From Octopus bimaculoides (taxonomy: Eukaryota), in the NCBI RefSeq assembly GCF_001194135.2, contig NC_068985.1, positions 54,909,458 through 54,973,457 on the forward strand: a stretch of 64,000 nucleotides of DNA, given 5' to 3'. A model generated the notes under the pieces. That model made no database searches. It was not told where the DNA came from and worked only from the letters and a program-made list of their open reading frames with translations. Both the position numbers and the translations under genes were made by a program. Positions 1 to 14,143 of the stretch are shown here, piece by piece; position 1 is the stretch's first letter, and each line of letters starts with the position of its first letter.

Positions 1-760
1 TGAAAGCTATAGACACACAAGAGGTGCAGTGGAATAATAGGAAGGTTGACAGAGAAAGTAGTGTTTGTATATGGAAGATGTACAGGAACCATAAAGTCTA
101 CAGATACATGAGAAATTGATTTTCTCAAATGCTCCAGAGGCTCTCTAGAGACAGTGGATAATTTCTGCTACCTAGATGACCTAATTAGCAGTGGAGGAGG
201 ATGTACTGTAAGTCTAATTGTTAGGATAAGAGTACAATGGAGAAAGTTTAGAGAGCTTTTGCCTCTGTTGGCAACCAAAGGTCTCTCTCTCTCTTTGAGT
301 GAAAGGGAGATTGTATGATGCATGTGTATGAACAGCAATGCAAAATGGCAGAGAGACATTGGCCCTGAATGTAGGGGATATGTGAAGACTAGAAAGGCAT
401 GAAACTGGTATGCTTTGCTGGATGTGCAATGTCAGAGTGCTTGTATTGAGAGAAATGTTAGGCATAAGAGGAATTAGATGCAGTAAGAGAGAAGACTGCA
501 CTTGTTTGTCATGTGATATGGATGGATAAGGACAGTTGCATAAAGAAGTGCTGATCACTTAAAGTGGATGGAACTTGTGGAAGAGGGAAACCCAGGGAGA
601 CATAGGATGAAGTATTTAAGGCTGATCTCAAGACACTGAGACTTACAAAGGAGATGCCAAAGGACCAAGATATCTGGTGCTTTGCTGTACTCAATAAGAC
701 CCATCCACCACAGCAGAACTAATAACCTAAAACCACCTTGGTATGCTTGTCCGTGAGGGG
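1..760 (+). mobile_element. Degraded RTE-clade LINE, C-terminal part of ORF
   Basis: Interrupted translation FCYLDDLISSGGGC..WRKFRELLPLLATKGLS..RLYDACV..GTCGRGKPRETW-like, homologous to the copy at 6287-7350. Confidence 0.85.
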
Positions 761-3700
761 CTCTGTCCTTCTCCCATTTCCATCCTCTCTGCCTTATCAA
801 CCTTCCCCCACCCCCATTTCATCCCCTAACACCCATCACTTCTTTACCACCTGAGAGCAGAATAGGTATGTACTAGATCTGCTGGCTTTCTCAGTTACCT
901 GTCTTTCCCCACCTCAGACCACTTCCATTTCTCATTATCTTCCTCAGCCTACTGTCTCCACCAATCACCTCCTTTCTGTACTGTTCTCCATCATTAACCC
1001 TTGCTTACTTGCTATCACCCTCAATGCCTTCACATATCTACTGCAACCCCTGCTCCCAAGCCCCCTCTATATTTCTCCCCATCATTTGCTGTAGTCACCT
1101 CGGTCCTGCCCACTCACCCAGTCCTAACCTCTGTATCACCTCATCTATTCTCACCACCCCCAATGTTACTTGAGGGCATGTCCAGACATATCTTCACCAT
1201 CATATCTCCTACTATTGCTCTCTTTATCTTACTTTCTGACTCACTATCCTTTCTTTTCCAAATGTATCTATTCTACAGCAAGATACCTATCTCTGTCATT
1301 CTATACCTCTAATCTCTCAAGTGACACAAAGCTGCACCTCCTCAATACTACTTCTCCCCTTCTAGTTGAGGGTTTTGTCTTGCAAGGTTCATGATCCTTT
1401 ATAGGGTCTCCAAGGTTGTTTGGTGAGAGGGAGGCTGGTATTCTGAAACCAGAGACCAGATCTGAATGCTTGCAGCACAGTGGATTCCACTAAAGGCATG
1501 AAACATACCAGGTGGTGGTTTTAAACTAGGAGACTGATTAAGTCTGCAATCTATGAAGGCCATGGTTGGTTTTGAACTCAGAATGTAAGGAGCTGGAACA
1601 AATACTACAATGTAACTGGTCCAATGGTCTCAGTTCCACCAATCCATGGCCCAGGATTGGTACCTTTTGTTTATTGGCCTTGAAAAGATGATCAAAATCT
1701 ATTTAATTTAATTGTATTAGTATAGCTGGTTTCCTTGAATAATGTTGAATTATAACACTATTTGGAATATGACCTTCAAAGTAGCATCACAGAGCCACTA
1801 GTTAAAGCCAAATACATAGACAGATACATACATAAACACTTGGTTATGTTTGTAACAATATGGAAAATCTAGGGCCTTCAGAAAAAGAAATCAACTGGTG
1901 AACATGCACAATACAAATTCAGTCTGTAAGCATAATGGTAATAAATAATATGCAAGACTTTTCTTATGTAAACTTTTCTCAAGTTCAACATGTAAACTTG
2001 TTTTTGTTATATATATTCAAACGGAGCTTTGTATCTTTGTTAGAAACCAGCTCCTTGCTTACAGGAAAACTTCAAATAATTAAAAAAATAGATGAGAAAA
2101 AAAAACAAAAAAACATTTGTACATAGATACTGTTTCACTAACTCCCAAGCTAACATCAGGTATTTATGATAATTGCCTTTCCTTTTGGTTGAATTAGAGT
2201 CTAGATTTAATCCAGGTGAGTTAGCTGCTTTAACAACATTCAATATAATAAAATCAAATGAGATATTTTCAATATATTTTACAAGCTTGTCTGTCTTTTG
2301 TAGGAAATAACAATTACCTGCTCTCTACCAAATATACTTCCTTTTTAAAACCAATGTGACAGAAATCAATATTGCAAAAGCATGTTGGTGAAAGAGAGAG
2401 AAATATCTTTGAATAAAGACAAGTTTGATAATAATTTTGGAGGAAATTTATAACAATTTATATAAGTCTCAGTAGAGAACCACTATTCTACATTGCTAGC
2501 CAGTTCAGTCAGAAGAATGACTAGTCAAGTACTTATTTAACACCAGATGATTAGTCATCTTAGAGCCTGCCTTGATAAACACAACAGCAGGTAGAAAGAG
2601 AAATTTATATTTTAATAAACAACTTTTATATATATTTTATTAGAAGAGAAGCAAGGAGTAAGTTCAATTTAAGTTGTTCCCTCCCGGTAATTATGTATTG
2701 GGAAACTATTTGTGAAGCATTCTTGGTTAGTGTATTTGTTTAAAATTAGGATATCATTTTTACCACCAGGCATCAAGGAAGTCAGCAAACTAGCAAAATC
2801 AATAATGACTGAAATACAGTGACCTTACAGCATTTGTTACAGTTCTCTACATGCAAACCCTACTGAGCCCAACTTTGCCTTGGACCTGTCCAAAGTTGAG
2901 TATTGGGATTGATTCTTCTCTTTCTCCTTAGGCTTGCACCAGTAATTTAAATGTTCACTCTTGTTACATCATGTCACAGTGATTTTATTTGAGAATTGCA
3001 TTAAGGATACACATGTCTGTGGAATACTCAGCCATATATTATCTATTATCATTTTCCTGAGCAGGAATTTAGTTGGTTCAATAACTGAAAGTGCATTATC
3101 GAAACCACCAGAGAATCCATCTCTGTCCATTAGGTAGCAATGGTTAGCTATTTTCTGACTACAGAGAATGATGTAAAATTAAGTGGAAGTTAAAAGTATC
3201 TAAGGTAATGCAGTCCAGTCTACCATAAACTTTTTAATTAATTAGAATTACACTCATAATGAAGATAAAAATCATTAGCATCAATAATAAAGTATTGACA
3301 TGAAAGCAAGGAATATAACTCTGAAACCCTAATTCACTAATAATGAATGAATGCAATGAGAGCAGTGTTATGCAGGGAGGGAATGTGACTTTCAGTAAAG
3401 CCAAAAGTCCTTAACTGTATTAACAGACCCTATATAACATGAAGGGAATAAAATGAAAGAAAGATGGGGGATCAGGATTTTATTTTGTTACATTACATGT
3501 TCATATTTTCAATAGAAAGTGGTGTATTGGCAGAGCTGTTACAGTGTCAGAATGTATACTTTGAACTGTCAAATCCCACTTAAGTAAAATTTGTTTTCCA
3601 TTCTTTTGGGATTGATATAAAAAAAGTACTGATTCTAACTGGTGGAACGGTGAAACATAAGATTATCAGACAAAATGCTTTGTGGTTTTTGTTCTAGCTT

Positions 3701-4487
3701 TTTGTGTTCCAAGTTCAATTCCTACAATGGCCTTCTTAGGTGCTAGATTTAATCGGTGGTAGATTGAACAGATTGCCTCACAGCATTTGCTTCAATCCTC
3801 TGAGTTCCAAGTTCATTTACCTTTCATCCTTTTATAGTTGATGAAAAACCTCACCAATCCACAACAGTGGAGTGGTGGAACTACAAGAACATCAGACTGG
3901 ATGCCTTGTATTTGGTCCAGTTTTTATGAACTGATTTCAAATCTGACTTTGGTTTATTTGGATGGTAGACTTAGGCCATTTCCTACTTTAACACTGCCAC
4001 CTGACACCACATGTACCTTTAGTGGAGTCTTTTCAGTTGCAGGCATTCAAGTTAGGTCTCGGGTTTGCAGGTACTTTCCTCCCTACCTCTCTCCCACAAA
4101 TCTCAGAAACCCTATAAAAGGTATCTATGGACACTGCCTTCTCTTCTGACTTAAAAAAGAAAATCTGGACTAGCTTCTATTACTAAATGAAGTTTATGGC
4201 TGTGTGCAAGTGTGTAACAAGGACATACAGACACATTTGCAGAGTATTGTAGATGTGGTAGGTCAAAGGCCGAGAGTCATGACTCTATTGTACAGAATGT
4301 CATGTATCATATGACTGAGTTAACAACAACAACAATGACAACAAATACATGGCTACAAGGTCAAAAGAGGATCCCCAGGATTAAGAACAGAATTATTCTC
4401 AGTGTTGTGACAATTACATCACAAGTAAAGTCAATAATTTAAATAGATTTAACCATTAATGAACATTAGATGATATAACAAAGCTTA

Positions 4488-4949
<462 letters not shown>

Positions 4950-4954
4950 TCAAA

Positions 4955-5026
<72 letters not shown>

Positions 5027-6064
5027 CAATCTCATTATCAGAAAATATCCCACAAAATAGAGATCTACCTCAGTTCTACTCTTCTATGTAGAGCATGTGT
5101 TTGTACACACACACACACACTTACTTCTGCATTAATGTATTCATTTGCTTGTGCATTATTTTATGAATGGGTGCACATAAATATAATATTCATGAATTTG
5201 TGCTTCATCCTTCTGTAGGTGCCAAACTAATCTTCTTCGTATAATTCCAAGGTGTTAGATTCATGATTATAAATAAAACCACGAGTTCAATTCCCGGACT
5301 GAGAAGAGTGTCAGACGAAGAGCAAAGCACTTCATCTGACATTGCTCCAATCTACACAGTTTGTAAATGAGTACCAGCTGAGTGCCAGTGTAACCTTTTC
5401 TCCTTCCAGCTGTCGTAACTATCATATTCCACAGGTTCAAGGGTGGAAGGGCCAAGAGGGTGTCAATGTTGTCTCCTTGCCACTATATAGGAACCTAAAA
5501 CAATAGGACAAAATGTGTTACAAGCTGCCAGGTCATACGCACTTGCAAGCGACAGCTAAGTTATGTGTAAATGTAATTACATACACACACACATGTATAG
5601 AAATGAATGGGCGTGAGAGGAATGAAAAAAAAACAGTGTGCAAGTAGGAAGACTTTGCTGTTTATAGACATGCGATACATATGGATGATGACAGATGAAG
5701 GAAGAAGTGTTGAATGAATGAAGTGGAAAGATCATAGGGAAGAGGAAGAAGTGGGTAGAAGTGGTGAAGGTGGATCTTAACAGGCTGAAAGGATGACAAA
5801 GGAGTGCAACAAATCAGTGAAGCATTGTGATGGAGAATGTAGATCTAACCCAAGCAAGCATAGAAGAGTTATGAGGTGATGGTGGCGGCGATAATGATGA
5901 TGACAGCATGGAAGCTATCAAATATAAACACACATGTGCATACACAAGGACAGTTATACTTGCATGAAGCACATGAAAATACACATTGACAAACCATTAA
6001 ATATGCATATTATATATACACAAGTAAATGATTATGTGTGTGTGTGTGTGTGTGTGTGTGCATG

Positions 6065-6225
6065 CACAGGTGTGACTGTATGGTTAAGAAGTTTGCTTCC
6101 CAACCACATGGTTTCAGGATCAGTCCCACTGCGTGGCACCTTGGGTAAGTATCTTCTACTATAGCTCTGAGATGATCAAAGCCTTGTGAGTGGATTTGGT
6201 AGAAGGAAACTGAAAGAAGCCAGTC
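6065..6225 (+). mobile_element. tRNA-derived SINE family A, head only
   Basis: gtgtgactgtatggttaagaag..ggatcagtcccactgcgtggcaccttggg..gtgagtggatttggtagaaggaaactgaaagaagcc. Confidence 0.85.
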
Positions 6226-6227
6226 AC

Positions 6228-6265
<38 letters not shown>

Positions 6266-6286
6266 ATATATACATAAAGGAAGGTT

Positions 6287-7350
6287 AACCGGGAAGATAG
6301 CTTTCATGTGCAGTAGATGCACAGGGGCAATAAACATCACAGATACTCAGAAAACAGATTCCATCAAATGCCAGGGGGGAGAAAGTAGAAGTAGTTGATT
6401 GCTTCCGCTACCTAGGTGACCAAGTCTGTAGTGGGGGTGGATGCTCAGAGAGTGTTACCACTAGAATAAGAATAGCCTGGGCATAGTCCAGAAAGCTTCT
6501 ACCCCTACTGGTGACAAAGGGCCTCTCGCTCAGAGTGAAAGGTAGATTGTACGATGCATGTGTGCGAACTGCCATGCTTCACAGCAGTGGAACATGGGCA
6601 ATGACTGCTGAAGACATGCGTAGGCTCAAAAGAAATAAAGCAGGCATGATCCGCTGGATGTGTAATGTCAGTGTGCACACACGACAGAGTGTAAGCGCCC
6701 TGAGAGAAATGTTGGACATAAGAAGCATAGGATGTGGTGTGCAAGAGAGATGTTTGTGCTGGTATGGTCATGTACTATGGATGGATGGATGAGGAGAGCT
6801 GTGTGAAGAAGTGCCACTCTTAAACAGTGGTAGGAATCCGGGGTAGAGGGAGACCCAGGAAGACATGGGCCTCACAGAGGCAATGACAAGAGACTGAGAC
6901 CTCTGGAGGTATGCTGTGACTTAGATGACCTGGCAAATAAAGTGAGCTCCCAGCTGTAACCCACACCAGTGTTGCATAACCAGCCCACTCAAAAGTTCCT
7001 TGGATCATAAGGCAACATGCCATGCTTGAGGAGACCTATTGAGTCAAGTACATCAAAATCAAATCAAATCACATTCAAATGGATATTGTAGCTGTGATCC
7101 CCGTGCCAGTGGCACGTAAAAAGCACCGTCTGATTGTGGTCGATGCCAGACCTCTGGCCCCTGTGCCGGTGGCATGTAAAAAAGCACCCACTACACTCTC
7201 AGAGTGGTTGGTATTAGGAAGGGCATCCAACTGTAGAAACACTGTCAGATCAGACTGGAGCTTGGTGCAGCCTCCTGGCTTCCCAGACCCCAGTTGAGCC
7301 ATCCAACCCATGCCAGCATGGAAAACGGATGTTAAACGATGATGATGATA
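6287..7350 (+). mobile_element. 5'-truncated RTE-clade LINE: end of ORF, 3'UTR and (GAT)n tail
   Basis: ORF 6511-6792 (KGLSLRVKGRLYDACVRTAML..MIRWMCNVSV..CWYGHVLWMD), then GRGRPRKTW-like codons. The 3'UTR has GTGCC-N3-GGCAC repeats and ends ccatgccagcatggaaaacggatgttaaacgatgatgat. Confidence 0.88.
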
Positions 7351-8711
7351 TATACATATATATATATATATATACATACACACACACATATATAAACAGG
7401 AGATTGGAAAAAATTTGGTATTATAAATAATACCAAAATTTTTTTCCAATCTCCTGTTTTGATATGTAATTACTCTGCAAAAAGTATCTTCCAGTATATT
7501 TCAACTCATGCATACCTCACACAAATATNNNNNNNNNNNNNNNNNNNNNNNNNNNNNNNNNNNNNNNNNNNNNNNNNNNNNNNNNNNNNNNNNNNNNNNN
7601 NNNNNNNNNNNNNNNNNNNNNNNNNNNNNNNNNNNNNNNNNNNNNNNNNNNNNNNNNNNNNNNNNNNNNNNNNNNNNNNNNNNNNNNNNNNNNNNNNNNN
7701 NNNNNNNNNNNNNNNNNNNNNNNNNNNNNNNNNNNNNNNNNNNNNNNNNNNNNNNNNNNNNNNNNNNNNNNNNNNNNNNNNNNNNNNNNNNNNNNNNNNN
7801 NNNNNNNNNNNNNNNNNNNNNNNNNNNNNNNNNNNNNNNNNNNNNNNNNNNNNNNNNNNNNNNNNNNNNNNNNNNNNNNNNNNNNNNNNNNNNNNNNNNN
7901 NNNNNNNNNNNNNNNNNNNNNNNNNNNNNNNNNNNNNNNNNNNNNNNNNNNNNNNNNNNNNNNNNNNNTATAAAATTAACATTATCATCATTGTTTATCA
8001 TCCATCTCCTATGCATGAGTAGGATAGTTCATAGGAGCTGGCCAGGTGGAAAACTACCCTATGCTATTGTGTCTGTTTTGGTAAGATTTTTATGGATGGA
8101 TGTCCTTCCTAACACCGACCACTCTGCAGATTGGACCCAGTGCTTTTTACGTGGCACTAGCACAGACGAGGTTAGTTTTGGCATGATTTTAATAGTTGGA
8201 TGCCTTTCCAAATGCCAACCACTTTACAGTGTGGACTGGATGCTTTTTATGTATATGTATGTGCATGTTCAAATAGACAGCTGTCTCCTTGCCTTGACAT
8301 AATGATATATTTATTAATGAGCCTCAACTCTCACAAGCACTGATGTTCGTTTCCAATCTATGAAAACATGTCTGGCCACAGGCAAAAATATTACCTTGCT
8401 TGGAAAGAGGTGCAAGTTGAAGACAGGATGGGCATCTGACCATGGAAAAATCTACCTCAACAAATCCCGTCTGACTCATACAAATATGGAAATGTGGGTG
8501 ACATTAAAATGATGTTGAGTATATCAATAAATAAGTTTATAAACTCAGATAAAAGGTTTTTAAACAAAACAGCCACCTCAGTAAATGGATCAAATAACAA
8601 TTACTGTGTTTTATATGGAAATTACACTGCTTCTGTCGACTAACATTCACAGACTATGTAGGTGTAAAATTAAGTATCTATGTATGTGTACGTGTCTGTG
8701 AGATATCTTAA

Positions 8712-8933
8712 TCCTTTCATCTTTTACTTGTTTCAATCATTAGACTGTGGCCATGCTGGGGCACCGCCTTGAAGAACTTTTAGTCAAACAAATCAACTCC
8801 AGTACTTATTTCTTGTTAAGCCTGGTTCTTATTCTATTGGTCTCTTCTTGCTGAACTGCTAAGTTATAGGAGTCATAAACTCACCAACACCAACTGTCAA
8901 ACAGTCGGTGGGGGGACAAACACAGGTACAATG

Positions 8934-8988
<55 letters not shown>

Positions 8989-9137
8989 CAATTGACTTCT
9001 TTCAGTCTCCGTCAACCAAATCCACTCACAGAGCTTTGGTTGACCTAAGGCTAGAGTAGAAGACCCAAGGTGCATTGCAGTGGGACTGAACCTGGAATCA
9101 TGTAGTTGGGGAGCAAGCTTCTTACCACGCAGCTATG
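8712..9137 (-). mobile_element. SINE family A, full length
   Basis: Reverse complement of the copy at 9157-9530: tRNA-like head, internal (TA)(TG)n and tail gactgaaacaagtaaaaga. Confidence 0.88.
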
Positions 9138-9156
9138 ACTCTATAAATATATATAT

Positions 9157-9530
9157 GGTGCAGGAATGGCTGTGTGGTAAGTAGCTTGCTTACCAACCAC
9201 ATGGTTCTGGGTTCAGTCCCACTACGTGGCACCTTGGGCAAGTGTCTTCTTCTATAGCCTCAGGCTGACTAAAGTTTTGTGAGTGGATCTGGTAGACGGA
9301 AACTAAAAGAAGCCTATATATGTATGTGTATGTTTGTGTGTGTCCCCCCACCATCGCTTGACAACCGATGTTGGTGTGTTTATGTCCCCATAACCTAGTG
9401 GTTCAGCAAAAGAACTGATAGAATAAGTACTAGGCTTACAAAGAATAAGTCTTGGAGTTGACTTGTGCGACTAAAGGCAGTGCTCCAGCATGGCTGTAGT
9501 CAAATGACTGAAACAAATAAAAGAATATAT
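9157..9530 (+). mobile_element. SINE family A, full length
   Basis: A-box-like TGGCTGTGTGGT and B-box-like GGTTCAGTCCC, internal microsatellite, tail gcatggctgtagtcaaatgactgaaacaaataaaaga. Confidence 0.9.
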
Positions 9531-9637
9531 ATANNNNNNNNNNNNNNNNNNNNNNNNNNNNNNNNNNNNNNNNNNNNNNNNNNNNNNNNNNNNNNNNNNN
9601 NNNNNNNNNNNNNNNNNNNNNNNNNNNNNNNNNNNNN

Positions 9638-9675
<38 letters not shown>

Positions 9676-9930
9676 AACATATTTGCGTGTGTGTGTATAT
9701 ATGCCAATGTTTATTTAAAGTTATTATTCTAAAGTAATTTTAAGAATAACAGAACATCTACTGAGTAGGGATATTACAAAAAAGTAGAGTCAAATTCATT
9801 GTAAAATTTGTTATGACTGGGACATTTAGGTTTCACCTGACAACTTACTCAGCCAGATTAGTTGCTTAAGCCATAAAGGTGAAACTTAAAACCCCAGACC
9901 AAAATAAAAATATTATTTATCTTTCTACTA

Positions 9931-10315
9931 GGTATAGGTGTGACTGTGTGGTAATAAGTTTGCTCCCCAATCACATAGTTATAGGTTCAGTCCCACTGTG
10001 TGTCACTTTAAGCGAATGTCTCCTGCTATAGCCCTGGACTGATTAAAGTCTTGTGGGTGGATTTGGTAGATGGAAACTGAAAGAAGCCTATCATATATGC
10101 GTGTGTCATTGTGTTTGTGTTTGTTCCTCATCATCGCTTGACGACCAACGTTAGTTTGTTTACATCCCCCATAATCTAGTGGGTCAGCAAAAGAGTCTGA
10201 CAGAATAAGTACCAGGGTTTAAAAATAAATCCTGGGGTTGATTCAGTCAACTAAAACCCTTCATGTTAATACCCCAGCATGGCCACAGTCCAATAATTGA
10301 AACAAGTAATAGATA
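9931..10315 (+). mobile_element. SINE family A, full length
   Basis: Same head, linker and tail as 9157-9530. Confidence 0.88.
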
Positions 10316-10322
10316 TAGTGTA

Positions 10323-10563
10323 TTTTATCTTTTACTTGTTTCAGTCATTTGACTGCGGTCATGCTGGGGTACTGCCTTGAAAGACTTAAGTCAAACAAAT
10401 CAACCCCAGGACTTATTTTTTTAAGCCTAGTACTTATTCTATCAGTCTCTTTGGCCAAACTGCTAAGTTACAGGGATGTAAATATACCAACACCAGTTGT
10501 CAAGTTGTGTGGAGAACAAACACAGACACAAAACACACACACACACACACATAGATACACACA

Positions 10564-10604
<41 letters not shown>

Positions 10605-10720
10605 CAAGCTTCTTTCAGTTTCCATCAATCAAATGCACTCACAAGGCTTTGGTCAGCCTGAGGCTATAGTAGAAGACACTTGTCCAAGGTGCCATGCAGT
10701 GGGACTGAACCTGGAACCAT
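10323..10720 (-). mobile_element. SINE family A, head slightly truncated
   Basis: cttttacttgtttcagtcatttgactgcggtcatgctgg...caaggtgccatgcagtgggactgaacc. Confidence 0.88.
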
Positions 10721-11188
10721 ATTTTCACTAATTGTTTCATGTACCTATGTAGCTGGCATAGACACCATCTCGGCCCTCTCACGTTTGACCCAGTGGAACC
10801 TCCAAGATGTGACAGTTGGAGGGCGAGAGAGCACCAGCACCGGGCTGGTGCTCACTTTCAGGTGATTAGACTGGAGCAATGTGAGTTGAAGCACAATGCA
10901 CCACAGCATCTAGGAATTGAAACCATATATGTGCATGCAAGTTTATTTATCTGTCCGTCTGTCTGCCTTTATGCATATAATGTGTACACACATATACACA
11001 TAAGTACAACATAAGTACTCAGTTATGAGTGTGTCACTCCACTGGCGCCCCCACCATTCTGATATAAGTAGATCCAGTTCTCCTTTCCCCACACACTTCA
11101 CTAATACCCTTATACCCTTATCTAATAAAAGAGTTTAGCATCTGATAGTATTTCTGTATTTCAGTCTATTCACTGCACACTGTTGTGT

Positions 11189-11270
<82 letters not shown>

Positions 11271-11327
11271 GTTTGTTGTCATCCAACAACCGCCACATAT
11301 GATCCACATATGGAGTCTCACTAGCAC

Positions 11328-11383
<56 letters not shown>

Positions 11384-11745
11384 TGCTACCAGCCAGGGGA
11401 ACCATAGACTGAAAGAGATTCTTCAGATACAACAATGAAGGAACTGTAAACAGTGCACACAATAACACACACACACACACAGATGCTCTCTCACACACAC
11501 ACACATGCTCACACTCTTGAGCAGCAAGACAATTGCCTCACTATAAAGCTCTTTCATGTCTCTTGAGAACAATTAGAAAAAAAAAAAAAATAGCTACTTT
11601 TGAACTGAATCTTGCTTGTAAGACTAGTCTGAGTTTATACATTTAACGGATGTGTTTATATAGGGAACAGGTTGTTTGTTGTATGGGAGTAATGGAGGTA
11701 ATAAACAAACACTCAGACAATAAAAATGAAAATGGTACACAGACA

Positions 11746-11791
<46 letters not shown>

Positions 11792-12206
11792 GTAGTGTGG
11801 TAAGAATTTATGGTAAATACCAAATATCTAAAGACAGAAAAAGGCAAGATGTAGAAGCCTCAATTCCATGTTAAACTCATTATGTACAATGACAATAATA
11901 TTATGGCATATTGTAATTAAATAATGATGATGACGATTATTATCATCATTATAGTCATCATTGATATCACTGTTTTAGCATCCACTTTTCTATACTTGCA
12001 TAGGCGAGATGGAATTCACTGAGGCAAATTTTTCTATGACTGGATATCTTTCCTATTGTCAATTCTCACCTATTTCCAACTAAGGTAATATTTTCCCCAT
12101 GGCCAGATATGTTTTCCATGAAACATTGGAAGAGAACAACATTGCTTCTATGACAATGATTCTTACTTATAGCCCCACAAGATGTCAAGATAGGAACATA
12201 CACATA

Positions 12207-12413
12207 TACAAAGGGGTGCTGAAAAGTTCCTGGCTTGACGGGTATTGTGAAAGGCCTGGTTGGAGGCCCAACCTTCCGAGTTCTTTTACAGGGCTTAGAA
12301 AAACTGAAGGGCCGCTGTGTGTGAATTTGAGAGGGGAATATGTTGAATAAAAATCATAATTTACTGATACACCTGTATTTTCTTTTACCCAAAGCCAGGA
12401 GCTTTCCAGCAGC
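12207..12413. mobile_element. Mariner-type MITE, copy 1 (right end runs into a gap)
   Basis: ta-caaaggggtgctgaaaagttcctggctt ... aaagccaggagctttccagc inverted termini. Confidence 0.75.
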
Positions 12414-12423
12414 NNNNNNNNNN

Positions 12424-12472
<49 letters not shown>

Positions 12473-12482
12473 AATATACACA

Positions 12483-12649
12483 TGAGGGGGTGCTGAAAAG
12501 TTCCTAGTTTTAAGGGTATCGTGAAAGGTCTGGATGGAGGCCCACCCTTTTGAGTTCTTTTACAGGGCTTAGAAAAAAATAAAGGACTGCTGCAATAAGT
12601 GTGTATTTTCTTTTACTCAAAGATAGGGACTTTTCAGCAACCCCTTGTA
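12483..12649. mobile_element. Mariner-type MITE, copy 2
   Basis: gagggggtgctgaaaagttcct ... agggacttttcagcaaccccttg-ta, with an interior homologous to copy 1. Confidence 0.75.
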
Positions 12650-12785
12650 TATGATGGGGTGTTTTTCTAGTTCATGTCTACCAAATTCACTCACAAAGCT
12701 CGGGCTATAAGCAGAAGATACTTGCCTATGGTGCCACACAGTGCGATTGAATTCAAGTCCGCAATCTTAATCACACAGCCACATC

Positions 12786-13535
12786 TGGTTTCAAATTTTG
12801 GCACAATGCCAACAATTTCGGAGGAGGAGTAAGTTGATTATATTGACCCCAGCACTCAACTTATACTTATTTTATTGACCCCAAAAGGATGAAAGGCTAA
12901 GTCAACTACGGCAGTATTTGAACTCAGAACATTAAGACGAATGAAATACCGCTAAGTATTTTGCCCAGCTTACTAACATTTCTGCCAGCTTGCTACCTTT
13001 TCATGATTAAATAATAATGATCTATATCGTATGATTTATTGTCATTAATGATGGTGTATTATAATTAAATAATTACATATATTAATTAAATAATAACGAT
13101 CATTTCTGATTTTGGTACAAGACCAGTAGTTTTGAAGAGAAGGGATCAGTTGAATGCACTGACCCCAGAAGTTGACCAGTATTTGATTTTATCAACTCCA
13201 GTGGGATGAAAAACAAAAGTTGACCACGACAGATTTGAACTGAGAATATAAAGAGGAGAAACAAATACTGCAAACATATTTTCTGATGTGCTAAGGATTC
13301 TGCCAGCTCACCACCTTATAATTAAATAATAATAATAATCCTTTCTACTATAGGCAGAGGGGTTAAGTCGATTACATCAACCCCAGTATTCAACTGGTAC
13401 TTAATTTACTGGCCCTGAAAGGATGATAGGCAAAGTTGACCATGGCGGAATTTTAACTCAGAACGTAAAGCTGGACAAAATGCCTCTAAGCATTTCGCCT
13501 GACATGCTAACAATTCTGTCAGTTCACTGCCTTAA

Positions 13536-13586
<51 letters not shown>

Positions 13587-14143
13587 GTTTCAAATTTTGG
13601 CACAAGGCCGGCAAGTTTGGTGGTGGGGTAAGTCGATTACATTGACCCCTGGTGTTCAACTGGTATTTATTTTATCGACCCTGAAAGGATGAAAGGCAAA
13701 GTTGAACTTGGTGGAATTTGAACACAGAATGTAAAAATGGATGAAATGCTGCTAAGCATTTTGCCCAGCATGCTAACGATTCCGCCAGTTTGCCAAATTA
13801 TCGATGATGATAATAATAATAATAACAACAATAATAATTATATTACAAGACCAGAAATTCCGAGGGGAAGGTGTAAGTTAATTGTCTAAAATTTTGGCAC
13901 AAGGCCATCAAATTTTAGTGTGTGTGTGTGTGTGTGTGAGTGTGTGTGTCTGAGAGAGAGAGAGGGGGGGGGGAAGCTGACTACATTGATCTCAGTGCTT
14001 AACTGGCACTTATTTTATTAACTCTGAAAAGATAAAAAGTAAAGTTAACTTTGGTAGGATTTGGACTTAGAAAATGAAGCTGGAAGAAATGCCAATCAGC
14101 ATTTTGTCCAATGAGCTAATGATTCTGCCAGCTCACTGCCTTA
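12786..14143 (-). mobile_element. Stack of five full and one partial tRNA-derived SINE family B copies, head-to-tail
   Basis: Each unit (minus strand): ggc..gagctggcagaatcgttagca..cttagc..ttctgagttcaaattcc..actttgcctttcatccttt..ggggtc, ending in an (ATT)n tail. Units at about 12786-13000, 13080-13319, 13326-13534, 13536-13800 and 13885-14143. Confidence 0.88.

Noticed and set aside
9157-9240. tRNA gene
   Set aside because: A/B boxes are present, but it continues into a SINE body found many times in the window and has no complete cloverleaf.
12207-12649. Two adjacent MITEs as a special tandem structure
   Set aside because: They flank a 10-N gap plus (TA)n and differ substantially; chance neighbours or an assembly effect cannot be excluded.
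12786-14143. CRISPR-like repeat-spacer array
   Set aside because: The units are ~220-bp diverged SINEs with microsatellite tails in a eukaryotic intron.
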